Assembly (NCBI GenBank): GCA_963845535.1
Contig: CAWJSK010000002.1
Location: 96,001 to 160,000 of the forward strand
From: an uncultured Spirochaetota bacterium
Lineage (GTDB): Bacteria > Spirochaetota > Spirochaetia > SZUA-6 > Fen-1364
Direction: 5' to 3'
Length of the DNA: 64,000 nucleotides
Shown piece by piece: positions 1 to 9,384 of the stretch (position 1 is its first letter; the number at the start of each line of letters is the position of its first letter). A program made the position numbers and the translations under genes. Below the pieces are notes generated by a model that was not told the origin of the DNA, did not search any database, and was given only the letters and a program-made list of their open reading frames with translations.

Positions 1-962
1 GTCACGGCCGGGGACTGGGCGCTGATGACGGCGTTGATCACGGGATTGGCCGCGTAGATCTCGAGGTGCAGGACCACGGCGCGGCTAGGGACAAGACCGC
101 GTTCCCGCCTGCCGTTCTTGATGAGCACGAAGTCCGATTCATCCAGGTAGCTGCGGTCTATCCCGTACGGCGTGATGAGGAAAGAGCTTCCGTCCAGACG
201 CACGGAGACAGTGCCTTCAGTGCTGGTCATGAGGCGCTGGCGGTAGGCGCGGTGGATGAACTCCTTCATCTCCCGCCGCGCGGCAAGCTCCGTCGACGCG
301 CGGTCCTTGACCTCGAACTCAGGCAGTTTCTGGTTTTTTCCCTGGTTGAACTGTGCGATCAGCTCCGGGCCCAGCGTCGTGGCGTTGCCGAGCACGCCGG
401 CGTTGATGAGGGTCCGGGCGCAGAAGTCCAGCGTCTCGAACCTCTGGAACGCTTCCAGCAGGTCGCGCCCTGCGGCAGCAACTCCGTGGTTCTCCAGGAG
501 GACCGTGTCGAATCCCTTGGCAAACGCCGCAGCGATGTTGCGTCCCAGCTCCTCGGAGCCCGGGATGGCGTACGCCGCGTACCCAACCTCCCCGCAGACC
601 GCATGAGCTTGCGGGATGATGCTGGTGTCGGGAATCTTTCGCACCAGGCTGAACGCCACGAGCGCCGCCGGATGCGCGTGCAGCACGGCCCGCACGTCCG
701 GCCGCGCGGCGTAGATGGCCCGATGAAACGGGAGCTCGGAGGACGGAGGGTGGATCCCTTCCACCACCTTTTCTCCTCGGACGCGCACGATATCCGCTTC
801 CGTCAGCGCGCCTTTGTCCGTGCCGCCCGGGGTGATCCAGATGTCACCGGATTCGTCGCGGACCGATATGTTCCCTCCGGACGTGGTGGTCATTCCATAG
901 CCGTACACGCGGCGCATGATCGTGACCAGTTGTTCCCTCGGATGCATGTATTCGTATTTCAC
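1..962 (-). CDS. Class II aldolase/adducin family protein with two tandem domains (fuculose-phosphate aldolase-like); partial, runs off the left edge
   Basis: Manual translation from GTG at 962 gives VKYEYMHPREQLVTIMRRVYGYGMTTTSGGNISVR...PSSELPFHRAIY...LHAHP...LLENHGV. A second copy of the domain follows (LMTSTEGTVSVR...PSRAVVLHLEIY). It is absent from the ORF track because there is no stop codon in the window. Confidence 0.9.
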   Translation of the reverse strand, partial: MKYEYMHPREQLVTIMRRVYGYGMTTTSGGNISVRDESGDIWITPGGTDKGALTEADIVRVRGEKVVEGIHPPSSELPFHRAIYAARPDVRAVLHAHPAALVAFSLVRKIPDTSIIPQAHAVCGEVGYAAYAIPGSEELGRNIAAAFAKGFDTVLLENHGVAAAGRDLLEAFQRFETLDFCARTLINAGVLGNATTLGPELIAQFNQGKNQKLPEFEVKDRASTELAARREMKEFIHRAYRQRLMTSTEGTVSVRLDGSSFLITPYGIDRSYLDESDFVLIKNGRRERGLVPSRAVVLHLEIYAANPVINAVISAQSPAV

Positions 963-998
963 GGGATGAGAGTGTAACGCTTTTCGACCCGTTGGACG

Positions 999-1024
999 AG
1001 ATTGGAAGAAAAGATTGGAAGAAA
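999..1024. repeat. 13-bp tandem duplication AGATTGGAAGAAA x2
   Basis: Directly visible at 999-1011 and 1012-1024. Confidence 0.85.
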
Positions 1025-1052
1025 AGTCCCGGGGGCGTGCCGTCCCCGGGAC
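1020..1052 (-). terminator. Probable intrinsic terminator of the SH3 protein gene
   Basis: GTCCCGGGG...CCCCGGGAC hairpin, followed on the minus strand by TTTTCTT. Confidence 0.7.
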
Positions 1053-1071
1053 TCTCAGAGAGCGAAGTGAT

Positions 1072-1989
1072 CTACTGCGCGGGGGTCAGGAAGCTTCCGA
1101 ATACCCAGCCTGACGGGTCTTTTATGTGGAACCACGCCGCGGTCTGGCCCCCCACGGTGTAGGTCTGGGTGGTCATCTCCAAGACTTCGACCCGGGTATC
1201 TTTTGCGACCTGGGTCACCACCTGGCCGTTCGTTTCATCAGGAGCGCTTCGAACGTTCACGTTGTTGTCATTCACGACGTAGAAGCCGCTGGCGGTTATG
1301 GTTTCTTTGGGAGCAGTTGGCGAAATGCCGGAAGCCGCCTGAAGCTTGGGCAGGAACAGAGAAGCGCCGTATTTCGTGATGGCAACCTTGAGCAGGTTCT
1401 TCTTTATGTCCTGGCTCTTGGTCGCCGCGGCGACGGTGTAGAGGATCACGGCGTTCACGTCCGCGTCAGCGGTTGTCAGGTCCCCCGCGCTCACGAAAGT
1501 CGCATCAGTGAACAGCGCGCCCTGCGCGTTGTCATACGCCTGGACCTTCGCGAACTCACCGGTGCTCCCGTCTTGCATCACGGCGACGATGGTCATGGCC
1601 GAAATGAACTTGCTCGTGATCTTCACGTCGCGGGGTTCTGAGTAGACGATTGCCTTGTCCGCTTTCACCACCGCGAGGGATGCCTTACTGACGATGAGAT
1701 TGGAACGCGTCCAGCCTTCCTTGCCGTCAGGTGCGCGGACCCGGGTGAAGTCCCTCTCCGTCTTGTCCGTCTTGTCCGTCTTGTCCTGCTTGAACTTCGC
1801 CGTCCGATTGAGAAGCACCACCGTGTCCCCGATTGTCAGGTTTTCCACCCACGTCAGCGTCTGCCCCTGGTCCTGCCAGAGCGGCAGGTTGTTGAGGAGG
1901 ACGTAAGCCTCATTCTGGGCCAGGGGTGCCGCAAACCCGATCGAGCTCATGACGGAAAGAACGAAGAGGATGACGACCAACCTTTTCAT
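1072..1989 (-). CDS. Secreted bacterial SH3-domain protein
   Basis: AAGGAGG RBS and signal peptide MKRLVVILFVLSVMSSIGFA. SH3b-like motifs (RVRAPDGKEGW; VNVRSAPD...WFHIKDPSGWVFGSFL). Internal DKT x3 repeat (TCCGTCTTG x3 at 1757-1783). Confidence 0.8.
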   Translation of the reverse strand: MKRLVVILFVLSVMSSIGFAAPLAQNEAYVLLNNLPLWQDQGQTLTWVENLTIGDTVVLLNRTAKFKQDKTDKTDKTERDFTRVRAPDGKEGWTRSNLIVSKASLAVVKADKAIVYSEPRDVKITSKFISAMTIVAVMQDGSTGEFAKVQAYDNAQGALFTDATFVSAGDLTTADADVNAVILYTVAAATKSQDIKKNLLKVAITKYGASLFLPKLQAASGISPTAPKETITASGFYVVNDNNVNVRSAPDETNGQVVTQVAKDTRVEVLEMTTQTYTVGGQTAAWFHIKDPSGWVFGSFLTPAQ

Positions 1990-2060
1990 GGAGCCTCCTT
2001 TTTGATGGCGAATCCTGGACGAAAAAAATGGCGTTGTCAACATTCCGCACTCTGGACGAC

Positions 2061-3586
2061 TCAACCGCTCCGTCTCGCGAACCGCGGGAAGAGCGGCTCA
2101 AGGGCGTCGTAGCTTTCGTTCAGAAGCTTCTTGGCTTCCGCGTACAGGCCGGCGTGCTCGGCGTTCGGTTTTGTCCTGTCCACCACTTCGATGAACCTGT
2201 CCGTCACGTCGAAATTTTTGAAGACGCCGCACCCCACGCCGCCAATGATGGCGGCCCCCATGGAAGTGGCTTCCTCCAGGTAGTTGGGCCGCACAATGTC
2301 AGCCTGGTAGACGTCAGCCATGATCCGGCGCCACACCTCGCCTTTTGCCCCTCCCCCGATCACCGTTATTTCTCGGATAGGGGTCTGGGTTCGGAAAATG
2401 TCCAGGATGATGCTCAGGTTGAGCGTGACCCCCTCCATGACGGCGCGCAAGACGTCCGCGCGCGTGTGTCCCAGGGTGAGGCCAATGAACGCCCCCTTGG
2501 CGTCCGGGTTCCATCGGGGTGTCCGTTCCCCAAGGAGGTAGGGGAGGAAGATGATTCCGTTGGCGCCGGGAGGGGACTTCTCGATCTCCTTGTTGATCAG
2601 GTCATACGCGCTCAGGCCCATCTCAGCGGCGAACGCCTTCTCCAACGAACATATCTCGTTCTTGAGCCACGCGAGCGAGCTTCCCGCCGTCTGCATGGTG
2701 CCGCAGGGGTGCACGTAGCCAGGTACGGCGTGGGCCCAGACGAACGTGCGCATCCCCTCATCGTAGATGGGCTTTTCCGTGGTTGTGGCGATCCATGAGG
2801 AGGAGCCGAGGTAGTTGTACGTTGAGCCTGGCTTCACGGACCCCACGCCCACCCCGGCGCACACTCCGTCCCCACCGCCAGCCACCACGGGGATTCCCGG
2901 GAGGAGGCCGACGGCCCGCGCAGCTTCCGCCGTCAACTCTCCCACGACGTCCGTGGAGGCCTTCAAGTCGGGAAGCTTCTCACCGTCAATCCCCGTGATC
3001 TTCACGAGCCTCTCCGACCAGCACCGCGTATTCAAGTCCATCACGTTCGTTCCGGAGCCGTCGGAGTACTCCGATGCCATGACGCCGGTGAGGCGGAAGT
3101 TGATGTAGTCCTTCGCGTGGAGCATCTTTTTTGTCCGGGCGTACACCTCCGGCTCATGAGCCTTGACCCACATGAGCTTTTCCACGGAATACGAGGCGCT
3201 TGCCCGATGGCCGGTGATGCGGTAGAAGTCCACGCGCGTTGATGCTGGCTGAGGATTGATTCGCATTCGGCAACGGCGCGCTGGTCGCTATACAGGATTG
3301 CAGGACGCAGCGGCCGCCCGTCCTTGTCCACGCACAGGCAGCCCATCATCTGCCCGCTGAAAGCGATAGCCGCCACCTCATGCGGGTCGATGTCCGCGGC
3401 CAGGGACCGGGTGGACTCGCAGACCGCCCTCCACCAGTCCTCGGGGTCCTGCTCGGACCAGTTCGTATTGAAGTAATGAGTGCGGTAGGCAATGGTAACG
3501 CTTCGGACCAGCTTCCCGTCCGTGGTGAAAAGCGTGGCCTTGTTCCCCGAGGTTCCCAGGTCATGGGCGAGCAGGTAACGTTTCAT
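2061..3586 (-). CDS. xylB: FGGY-family sugar kinase (xylulokinase-like), split by a frameshift near 3225-3255
   Basis: The N-terminal half (MKRYLLAHDLGTSGNK...SGQMMG...DQRA) and C-terminal half (GGGDG, LGSS, YLLGERTP, GGGAK) lie in different frames. The substrate is not certain. Confidence 0.85.
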
Positions 3587-3620
3587 TTTTCCCCCGCCTC
3601 TCCTTGACCTAGTCCTTGAC

Positions 3621-3650
3621 ATCCTACTGCCCTGGTCTTGGAATTGTCAA
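3621..3650 (-). promoter_or_regulatory. sigma70-type promoter for the kinase gene
   Basis: TTGACA-N18-TAGGAT on the minus strand. Confidence 0.6.
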
Positions 3651-3660
3651 TTACAAAAGC

Positions 3661-3684
3661 TTGTTAGAAAATGTCGTTGTAAAA
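3661..3684. promoter_or_regulatory. Candidate ROK operator (imperfect copy)
   Basis: TTGTTAGAAAA-TGTCG-TTGTAAAA between the two divergent promoters; it shares TTGTTAGAAAA with the 8060-8083 palindrome. Confidence 0.55.
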
Positions 3685-3688
3685 GAAC

Positions 3689-3716
3689 TTGACATATCAT
3701 GAACGAGCGTCATACT
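3689..3716 (+). promoter_or_regulatory. sigma70-type promoter for the ROK regulator
   Basis: TTGACA-N16-CATACT. Confidence 0.55.
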
Positions 3717-3742
3717 GATTAAGTGACTTTACGGAGGCTCAT

Positions 3743-4975
3743 ATCAAGGCCCACAAGCAGAATAACATTCGCGCGGCGCTCAACCTGATCAGGTGTCGGG
3801 ACACATTCTCGGTTGCGGAGATTTCGCAAGCCGTCAGGCTCAGCAAGACAACCGTCAAAAAGACAATCGATCTGCTTGCATCCATGGGGCTGGTAATGTC
3901 GGCTGGAAAGGGCGAATCCACCGAAGAAGGGGGGAAGAAGCCCGAGCTCTATCGCTTCAACAAGGGTTACGGCTATGTCATCAGCCTCCACGTGACGCCG
4001 GACTCCATCATGGCGGTGACCACGGATCTTGCCGCCGACATTACGAGCATCAAGAAACTGGAGGTCACGGCTGAAAGAGACCTTCCTTTCATCCTGGGTC
4101 AGCTCGCTGACCTGATCCATGGGATTTCCAGCGTGAAGGCTGGCACCGGAGAAAAGCTTATTGGCATTGTGGTGGCCCTGCCCGGGCTCGTTGATTCCCC
4201 CATGGGGATATCGATCTATTCACCGCATTATCCCGCCTGGGGAAGAAACGTCCCGTTTCGGGAAATGCTGCGTGAGAAGCTGGGCACCGGCTACGACGTT
4301 CCGATTTTCATGGACTGCGTCAACCGCTACCAGGCCGCCGCGGAGCAGGAAAAAGGGGAGGCGGTCGGTGCCACGAACTTCATCATCATCGACGCCCTCA
4401 ACGAGGGGCTGGGCTCGGGGATCGTAACCCACGGGGAGCTGATGCGCGGCAACCAGGGCCTTTCCGGCGAGATAGGGCACATGACCGTAAACCCAATCGA
4501 CGGCCCCCTGTGCATCTGCGGGAACAAGGGCTGCTTCGAGGCCATGGTCTCGGCAAAGCGCATCCGCGAGCTGATCCGGGATGCGTGCAGCCGCGGGGTG
4601 AAATCGGAGCTTTTTCGCAACAAGACACCGGAGGCCGCCACACTCGACGACGTGTGCGAGCTGGCAAACGCGGGTGACCCTTTCTGCCTCTCGATCATCG
4701 AGGACGTGGCCAGGTGGTTCATCATCGGGCTTGGGAACATCATCATGGTGACAGACCCTGAGCTGATCGTCATCCAGGGCCAATATGTGAAAGCCGGGGC
4801 GTTCTTCCTGGAAAGGCTTCGGGAAGGCGTCAAGACGATCGGCCTCCCTGACGTGGAGAAGAAAGTGAAGATCGTCTACTCGCGCCTGGGAGAGGAGCGC
4901 GGAGTCCTAGGAGGAGCTGCTTTCGCCGTCTCGGATTTTTTTGCGAGGCGCCTCATCTTCACAGCCAATGCTTGA
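3743..4975 (+). CDS. ROK-family transcriptional regulator (XylR/NagC-like)
   Basis: GEIGH and CICGNKGCFE ROK motifs. The N-terminal HTH (SVAEISQAVRLSKTTVKKTIDLL) is in frame upstream of the track's ATG at 3884. The start appears to be ATC at 3743, after GGAGG. Confidence 0.9.
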   Translation: MKAHKQNNIRAALNLIRCRDTFSVAEISQAVRLSKTTVKKTIDLLASMGLVMSAGKGESTEEGGKKPELYRFNKGYGYVISLHVTPDSIMAVTTDLAADITSIKKLEVTAERDLPFILGQLADLIHGISSVKAGTGEKLIGIVVALPGLVDSPMGISIYSPHYPAWGRNVPFREMLREKLGTGYDVPIFMDCVNRYQAAAEQEKGEAVGATNFIIIDALNEGLGSGIVTHGELMRGNQGLSGEIGHMTVNPIDGPLCICGNKGCFEAMVSAKRIRELIRDACSRGVKSELFRNKTPEAATLDDVCELANAGDPFCLSIIEDVARWFIIGLGNIIMVTDPELIVIQGQYVKAGAFFLERLREGVKTIGLPDVEKKVKIVYSRLGEERGVLGGAAFAVSDFFARRLIFTANA

Positions 4976-4988
4976 GGAGGAGTTTTGC

Positions 4989-6050
4989 ATGATGGACAGA
5001 AAGATCCTGGCTATCGCCGCGCTCGTCGTGATCGGGGTTTTCACCACGACGGGACTCTTTGCGGGCGGCGCAAAGGAGGTCGCGGAGCCGACCACTCTCG
5101 CCATCTCCATCCGCACGCTTTCAAACCCTTCCCAGAACAACTACAAGATCGGCGCGGAGGCTTTCGGGAAAAAGATGGGCCTTCCCGTCGATGTTCTGAC
5201 CATGGAAGCCAACAGCCAGAAAGGGCTGACGGACATCAAGGCTGAGGTTGCAAGGACCGGCGGCAACGTGGTGTTTTTCATCGACCCGAACCAGGAAACA
5301 GATGACGTGGCCATTGCGCAAATTCTCGACCAGGCGGGAGTCTACTTCGTGACATGGTGGAACAAGCCCGCGGACGTGAAGGTCTGGAACTACAAGCACT
5401 GGGTCGCCCACGTTTCCTTCGACGGCGTGGCTGCCGGCCATTTCACGGCAACCGAGCTGTTCAAGACGTTCAAGACCCCCAACCAGGGCAAGGTGTTCGC
5501 AATCCAGGGGCTGCTCGCCAATACGTCCGCCGCCGAGCGATTCCAGGGTTTGCAGAAAGCGCTGTCAGAGAACCCCGGTGTCCAGCTCGTGCAGTGGGTG
5601 GCGGGAGACGGGGACCGGACCAAGGCCTACAACCAGACCAGAGAGATGCTGATTGCGCACCCGGACATCGACGGGGTGTGGTGCGCCAACGACGACATGG
5701 CCATGGGCGCCATCCAGGCGTTGAAGGAAGCCAATCTCGCGGGGAAAGTCATGGTAACGGGAACGGACGGAATCCCTGAAATGTTCAGTGCAATCAAGGC
5801 CGGCACCGCGATTGCCACCGTGATGAACGATGCGAAGTACCAGGCGGGCCTCAGTCTTGCCATGTCCCTTGCGGCGAAGCAGGGCAAGCTGGACGTTGCG
5901 GCCCAGCCGCAGAAGTATCGGCAGTTCGAGATTCCCGCGGTGAACGTCAACAAAGCGAACGTGGACCAGATCATCCACGACTACATCGACAACACGCCTG
6001 ATTACGACTTCACAAACTTCTACGCCCGGTGGTCAGTGGCAATACCGTAA
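4989..6050 (+). CDS. Sugar ABC transporter substrate-binding protein (RbsB-like), no adjacent permease
   Basis: GAGGAGG RBS, signal peptide ending FAGGAKE, and ANDDMAMGA and GTDG motifs. Confidence 0.9.
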   Translation: MMDRKILAIAALVVIGVFTTTGLFAGGAKEVAEPTTLAISIRTLSNPSQNNYKIGAEAFGKKMGLPVDVLTMEANSQKGLTDIKAEVARTGGNVVFFIDPNQETDDVAIAQILDQAGVYFVTWWNKPADVKVWNYKHWVAHVSFDGVAAGHFTATELFKTFKTPNQGKVFAIQGLLANTSAAERFQGLQKALSENPGVQLVQWVAGDGDRTKAYNQTREMLIAHPDIDGVWCANDDMAMGAIQALKEANLAGKVMVTGTDGIPEMFSAIKAGTAIATVMNDAKYQAGLSLAMSLAAKQGKLDVAAQPQKYRQFEIPAVNVNKANVDQIIHDYIDNTPDYDFTNFYARWSVAIP

Positions 6051-6052
6051 CG

Positions 6053-6098
6053 AAGGGAGGCCTTCGCGCAGTCACGCTGTGCCAGGCCGCCCTTCTTT
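6053..6098 (+). terminator. Stem-loop after the binding-protein gene
   Basis: AAGGGAGGCCT...AGGCCGCCCTT with an inner GCGCAG/CTGTGC pairing, then CTTT. Confidence 0.5.
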
Positions 6099-6136
6099 AC
6101 AACGATCGAAAGCCAATACATCGTAATTGGCGATAC

Positions 6137-6213
6137 AGGGCATGCCCCCCTATAAAAAACGCGAATAGTGTCCAAAAAAATGCGATCTTCGCCATTTTTA
6201 TAGGTGCTGCCCT
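6137..6213. repeat. Long imperfect inverted repeat in a convergent intergenic region
   Basis: Paired arms AGGGCA/TGCCCT, CCTATAAAAA/TTTTTATAGG and GCGAA/TTCGC around a 22-nt loop. Confidence 0.7.
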
Positions 6214-6272
6214 TGCAAGTCCGCCTACGTCCAAAGGCGAGAGAGGCGGGCGCCTGCCCCAGTTCGTGGACC

Positions 6273-7988
6273 CTACCAGCGAATTTCCTTTGCGGTGATG
6301 AAATGGGAAGTCTTCTCCTGCTTGACCGTGTCGGTATCCAGGTGCTTGCGCTTGTAGATGCGCTTCTCTTCCTTTGACTCCGGGGTGACCTCGATGACGG
6401 TGTTTCCCCGCCAGCGCGCCTGGTAACGCTTGAGCTCCGCGAGCTTCGAGACATCTTTGTTTACAAACACATGCTGTTTTTCCTCTGTAGTCCTGGGATG
6501 CAGGTCGAACTCGATGCTGTATTCTTCTCCCGCATTCGCCTGTCCGAAGCTTGCGTATCTGCCTTTCACCTCGATAGGGAACGGGGTGCCTCCCCGTTTC
6601 CCCTCGACCTTCGACCCTACCGCATGCTCGGGAATGCGCACCTTCAAGGGAGCTTTCTTCTTGAGGATCACTGTGGTCCTGCCGGCGTAGGGTTCGTAGC
6701 TGATGACCTCACCAAGAGAGTTCTCCACGTTGTAATGCAGGTTGACCGTCATCCCGCTCCAATCCTCGGTCAGGGTGTTCTGCCAGAGCAGGTGGAACGT
6801 GCGAAGCGCGTGCGCGGAGCAGCACAGCATGAGGGAGGCGGGCACGAACAAGTGCTCATCAGCCGAGGTCCACATGAAGCCGCCGACGCTCCTTTTCACC
6901 ACGTCCGTGTAGCTGTCATAGGGAAGGACGGCGAGATCCGGCTTGTAGTGCTCGTACGCCCAGCTCTCCTTGTCCAGGATCCTTCCCTTGTTTGCCTTGG
7001 ACTTCACCCATTCCGACGGGTCCAGGAACTGCGCTTCCGCCACCTGGTTGCGCGACACACGGTCGATTTCATCCCAGTACTCGTCATACCCGAGCTTGAT
7101 GAGGGACGCTGCGCTCTGCGTCAGCTCCATATTGCTGCAGGCGGGCTCGGTGCACGGAGTGCTGCCATACGCGGTGCTCAGAGACCTTGCGTGGTCATGA
7201 ATCCGCTTCACGCGCTCCGTGATCCGCGGGTCGTCCGCAAGCGCCGCAAAACGGGCTATCCCGTTGATGGATGAGACTACCGTGCGATAAAAGGTGGCGA
7301 ATCTGCCCTCCTCATCGAAGAAGCCGTTCTTGCGGTTCAGGATGAAATGCGTGAGGCCTTCCGCCATGACGAGGGCCTTGGAGTCCGCGGTCATCTCGTA
7401 CACTTTCACCAGGGGGTCCACCATGGCGGCAACCGAGTAGTATCCCTGGCCGATGTGGCGGATCACCTCGTTCGGGAAGACTCTCTGCTTTCCCTCCTGG
7501 CGGGACAGCGAGAACACGCCGTCCACGATCCCTTTGATGTATTTCAGGATTCTCTCGTCATGGTCGTCCAGGTACCAGTAGATGAGCGCATAAAGGGCGC
7601 GGGTCTGCTCCCACAGGCACATGGGGTAGCGGTCACTCCACGGGGACCCGGGGGAATGGATGAACCCGTCGAGCTCGTTGAAGAAGCTCAGATAAAGCGC
7701 CCTTTGCGCAGCCTCACGTTCCGCAGCGCCGGCGCGTCCGGTCAGATCCCGCGCCACCACCCAGCCGTAGACGTCATACGGAAGCACCTCCGTCCAGTCG
7801 AGCCTGTGATGCACGAAATGCGGGGGATCCTCGCCCAGTGTGACGCCGACCCACGGGACGTAGTTGAACTTTGGATCGCTGTTCTCAAACATATGGTTCA
7901 TGGTGAGTGATGCGCGCTCTTGGATGTTGAACGATGCCGGGCGCGATTTTTCTTCAGATCGGGAGCCCTTGATTTCGATTCCATTCAT
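6273..7988 (-). CDS. Divergent GH127/GH146-like (beta-L-arabinofuranosidase-like) glycoside hydrolase
   Basis: AAGGAGG RBS before ATG 7988. TEPACSN...YWDEIDRVSRNQVAEAQ and LMLCCSAHALR resemble the GH127 ETC and CC Zn-cysteine motifs. The C-terminal LKVRIPE segment resembles a beta-sandwich. No signal peptide. Confidence 0.6.
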   Translation of the reverse strand: MNGIEIKGSRSEEKSRPASFNIQERASLTMNHMFENSDPKFNYVPWVGVTLGEDPPHFVHHRLDWTEVLPYDVYGWVVARDLTGRAGAAEREAAQRALYLSFFNELDGFIHSPGSPWSDRYPMCLWEQTRALYALIYWYLDDHDERILKYIKGIVDGVFSLSRQEGKQRVFPNEVIRHIGQGYYSVAAMVDPLVKVYEMTADSKALVMAEGLTHFILNRKNGFFDEEGRFATFYRTVVSSINGIARFAALADDPRITERVKRIHDHARSLSTAYGSTPCTEPACSNMELTQSAASLIKLGYDEYWDEIDRVSRNQVAEAQFLDPSEWVKSKANKGRILDKESWAYEHYKPDLAVLPYDSYTDVVKRSVGGFMWTSADEHLFVPASLMLCCSAHALRTFHLLWQNTLTEDWSGMTVNLHYNVENSLGEVISYEPYAGRTTVILKKKAPLKVRIPEHAVGSKVEGKRGGTPFPIEVKGRYASFGQANAGEEYSIEFDLHPRTTEEKQHVFVNKDVSKLAELKRYQARWRGNTVIEVTPESKEEKRIYKRKHLDTDTVKQEKTSHFITAKEIRW

Positions 7989-8062
7989 TTGGAGATGCCT
8001 CCTTGCCAATCGACAATAACATGATAAGATACGAAAAGCAGTACCATCGAATACCATTGTTG

Positions 8063-8083
8063 TTAGAAAACGATATTTTCTAA
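8063..8083. promoter_or_regulatory. Perfect palindromic operator candidate TTAGAAAA-N5-TTTTCTAA
   Basis: Perfect 8-bp inverted repeat in the AT-rich divergent promoter region. Confidence 0.7.
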
Positions 8084-8100
8084 TATATTATCCTAACGTC

Positions 8101-8129
8101 TGGACAGATCGTTCCAACAGCCTTAGAAT
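8101..8129 (+). promoter_or_regulatory. sigma70-type promoter for the Fe-ADH gene
   Basis: TGGACA-N17-TAGAAT. Confidence 0.6.
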
Positions 8130-8156
8130 GTTGCTCTACAAAGGGGGACTCGAGGA

Positions 8157-9320
8157 ATGGATAACTTCACTTTCGTAAACACGACAAAAATCATCTTTGG
8201 AAAATCGACCGAGGAGGGCGTTGGCAAGGAAATCAAGCCCTTTTCCTCGAAGGTTCTTCTCCATTATGGGAAGGACAGCGTCAAGAAGTCAGGTCTCCTG
8301 GACAGGATCTGCCGCGCCCTGGACAAGGAGGGCATCCAGCACGTGGAGCTGGGCGGGGTGTCACCCAACCCGAGGCTCTCCCTGGCGCGTGAAGGGATCA
8401 GGATTTGCCGGGAGAAGAAGCTGGACTTCGTGCTGGCGGTGGGCGGCGGGAGCGTCATTGACTCCGCCAAGGCGATCGCCGCGGGAGTCCCCTACACGGG
8501 AGACGTGTGGGACTTCTACATGAGGAAGGCCACACTGGCGGCCATGCTGCCCGTGGGAGTCGTGCTCACAATCCCCGCCGCGGGGAGTGAGAGCAGCAAC
8601 GGCTCGGTGATCACCAACGAAGAGGGATGGCTCAAGCGCGACGCCGGCTCGGAGCTCATGAGGCCGCGCTTCGCCATCATGAATCCCGAGCTGACCTTCA
8701 CGCTGCCTCCGTACCAGACTGCCTGCGGCTGCGCGGACATCATGGCGCACGTGATGGAGAGATACTTCACCAACGCGCGCGCGGTGGAGTTTACCGACCG
8801 GCTGTGCGAGGCCACCTTGAAGACGATCATCAGCAATGTGCCGCGGGTGCTCGCTGATCCGCGCAACTACGACGCACGGGCGGAGATCATGTGGGCGGGA
8901 ACAATAGCCCACAACGACCTCCTCTCCACAGGCCGCGTGGGTGACTGGGGCTCCCACATGATCGAGCATGAGCTGAGCGGCATCTACGACGTGGCGCACG
9001 GCGCCGGCCTGGCCGTGGTTTTTCCCGCCTGGATGAAGAAGGTGTACACGCACGACGTGGCGCGTTTTGCCCAGTTTGCCCAGCGCGTGTTCAACGTCGA
9101 AGTGAGCTTCGAGGACCCCGCCCTCACCGCGCTGGAAGGCATCCGACGCCTGGAGGTCTTCTTCCACGAGATTGGCCTGCCGGTGACTCTGAAGGAGCTT
9201 GGCGTCAAGGATGACCGGCTCTCCGAGATGGCGCGCAAGTGCACGGAGCGCGGCCCGGTGGGCAACTTCGTCAAGCTTGACCGCGAGGAGGTCCTCGAGG
9301 TCTACACGCTGGCGGTGTGA
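8157..9320 (+). CDS. Iron-containing alcohol dehydrogenase (NADH-dependent butanol dehydrogenase-like)
   Basis: GGGSVIDSAKAI, GSESS, DIMAHVMERYF and HMIEHELSG...HGAGLA motifs. Confidence 0.93.
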   Translation: MDNFTFVNTTKIIFGKSTEEGVGKEIKPFSSKVLLHYGKDSVKKSGLLDRICRALDKEGIQHVELGGVSPNPRLSLAREGIRICREKKLDFVLAVGGGSVIDSAKAIAAGVPYTGDVWDFYMRKATLAAMLPVGVVLTIPAAGSESSNGSVITNEEGWLKRDAGSELMRPRFAIMNPELTFTLPPYQTACGCADIMAHVMERYFTNARAVEFTDRLCEATLKTIISNVPRVLADPRNYDARAEIMWAGTIAHNDLLSTGRVGDWGSHMIEHELSGIYDVAHGAGLAVVFPAWMKKVYTHDVARFAQFAQRVFNVEVSFEDPALTALEGIRRLEVFFHEIGLPVTLKELGVKDDRLSEMARKCTERGPVGNFVKLDREEVLEVYTLAV

Positions 9321-9384
9321 CATGCAGCAGCCTCGCCTGTTTGCGAAGCTTCCCGGATTCGTGAGTCATCAGTAGGAGGACAGC

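Noticed and set aside
66..977. Plus-strand 303-aa ORF
   Set aside because: Antisense shadow of the class II aldolase gene.
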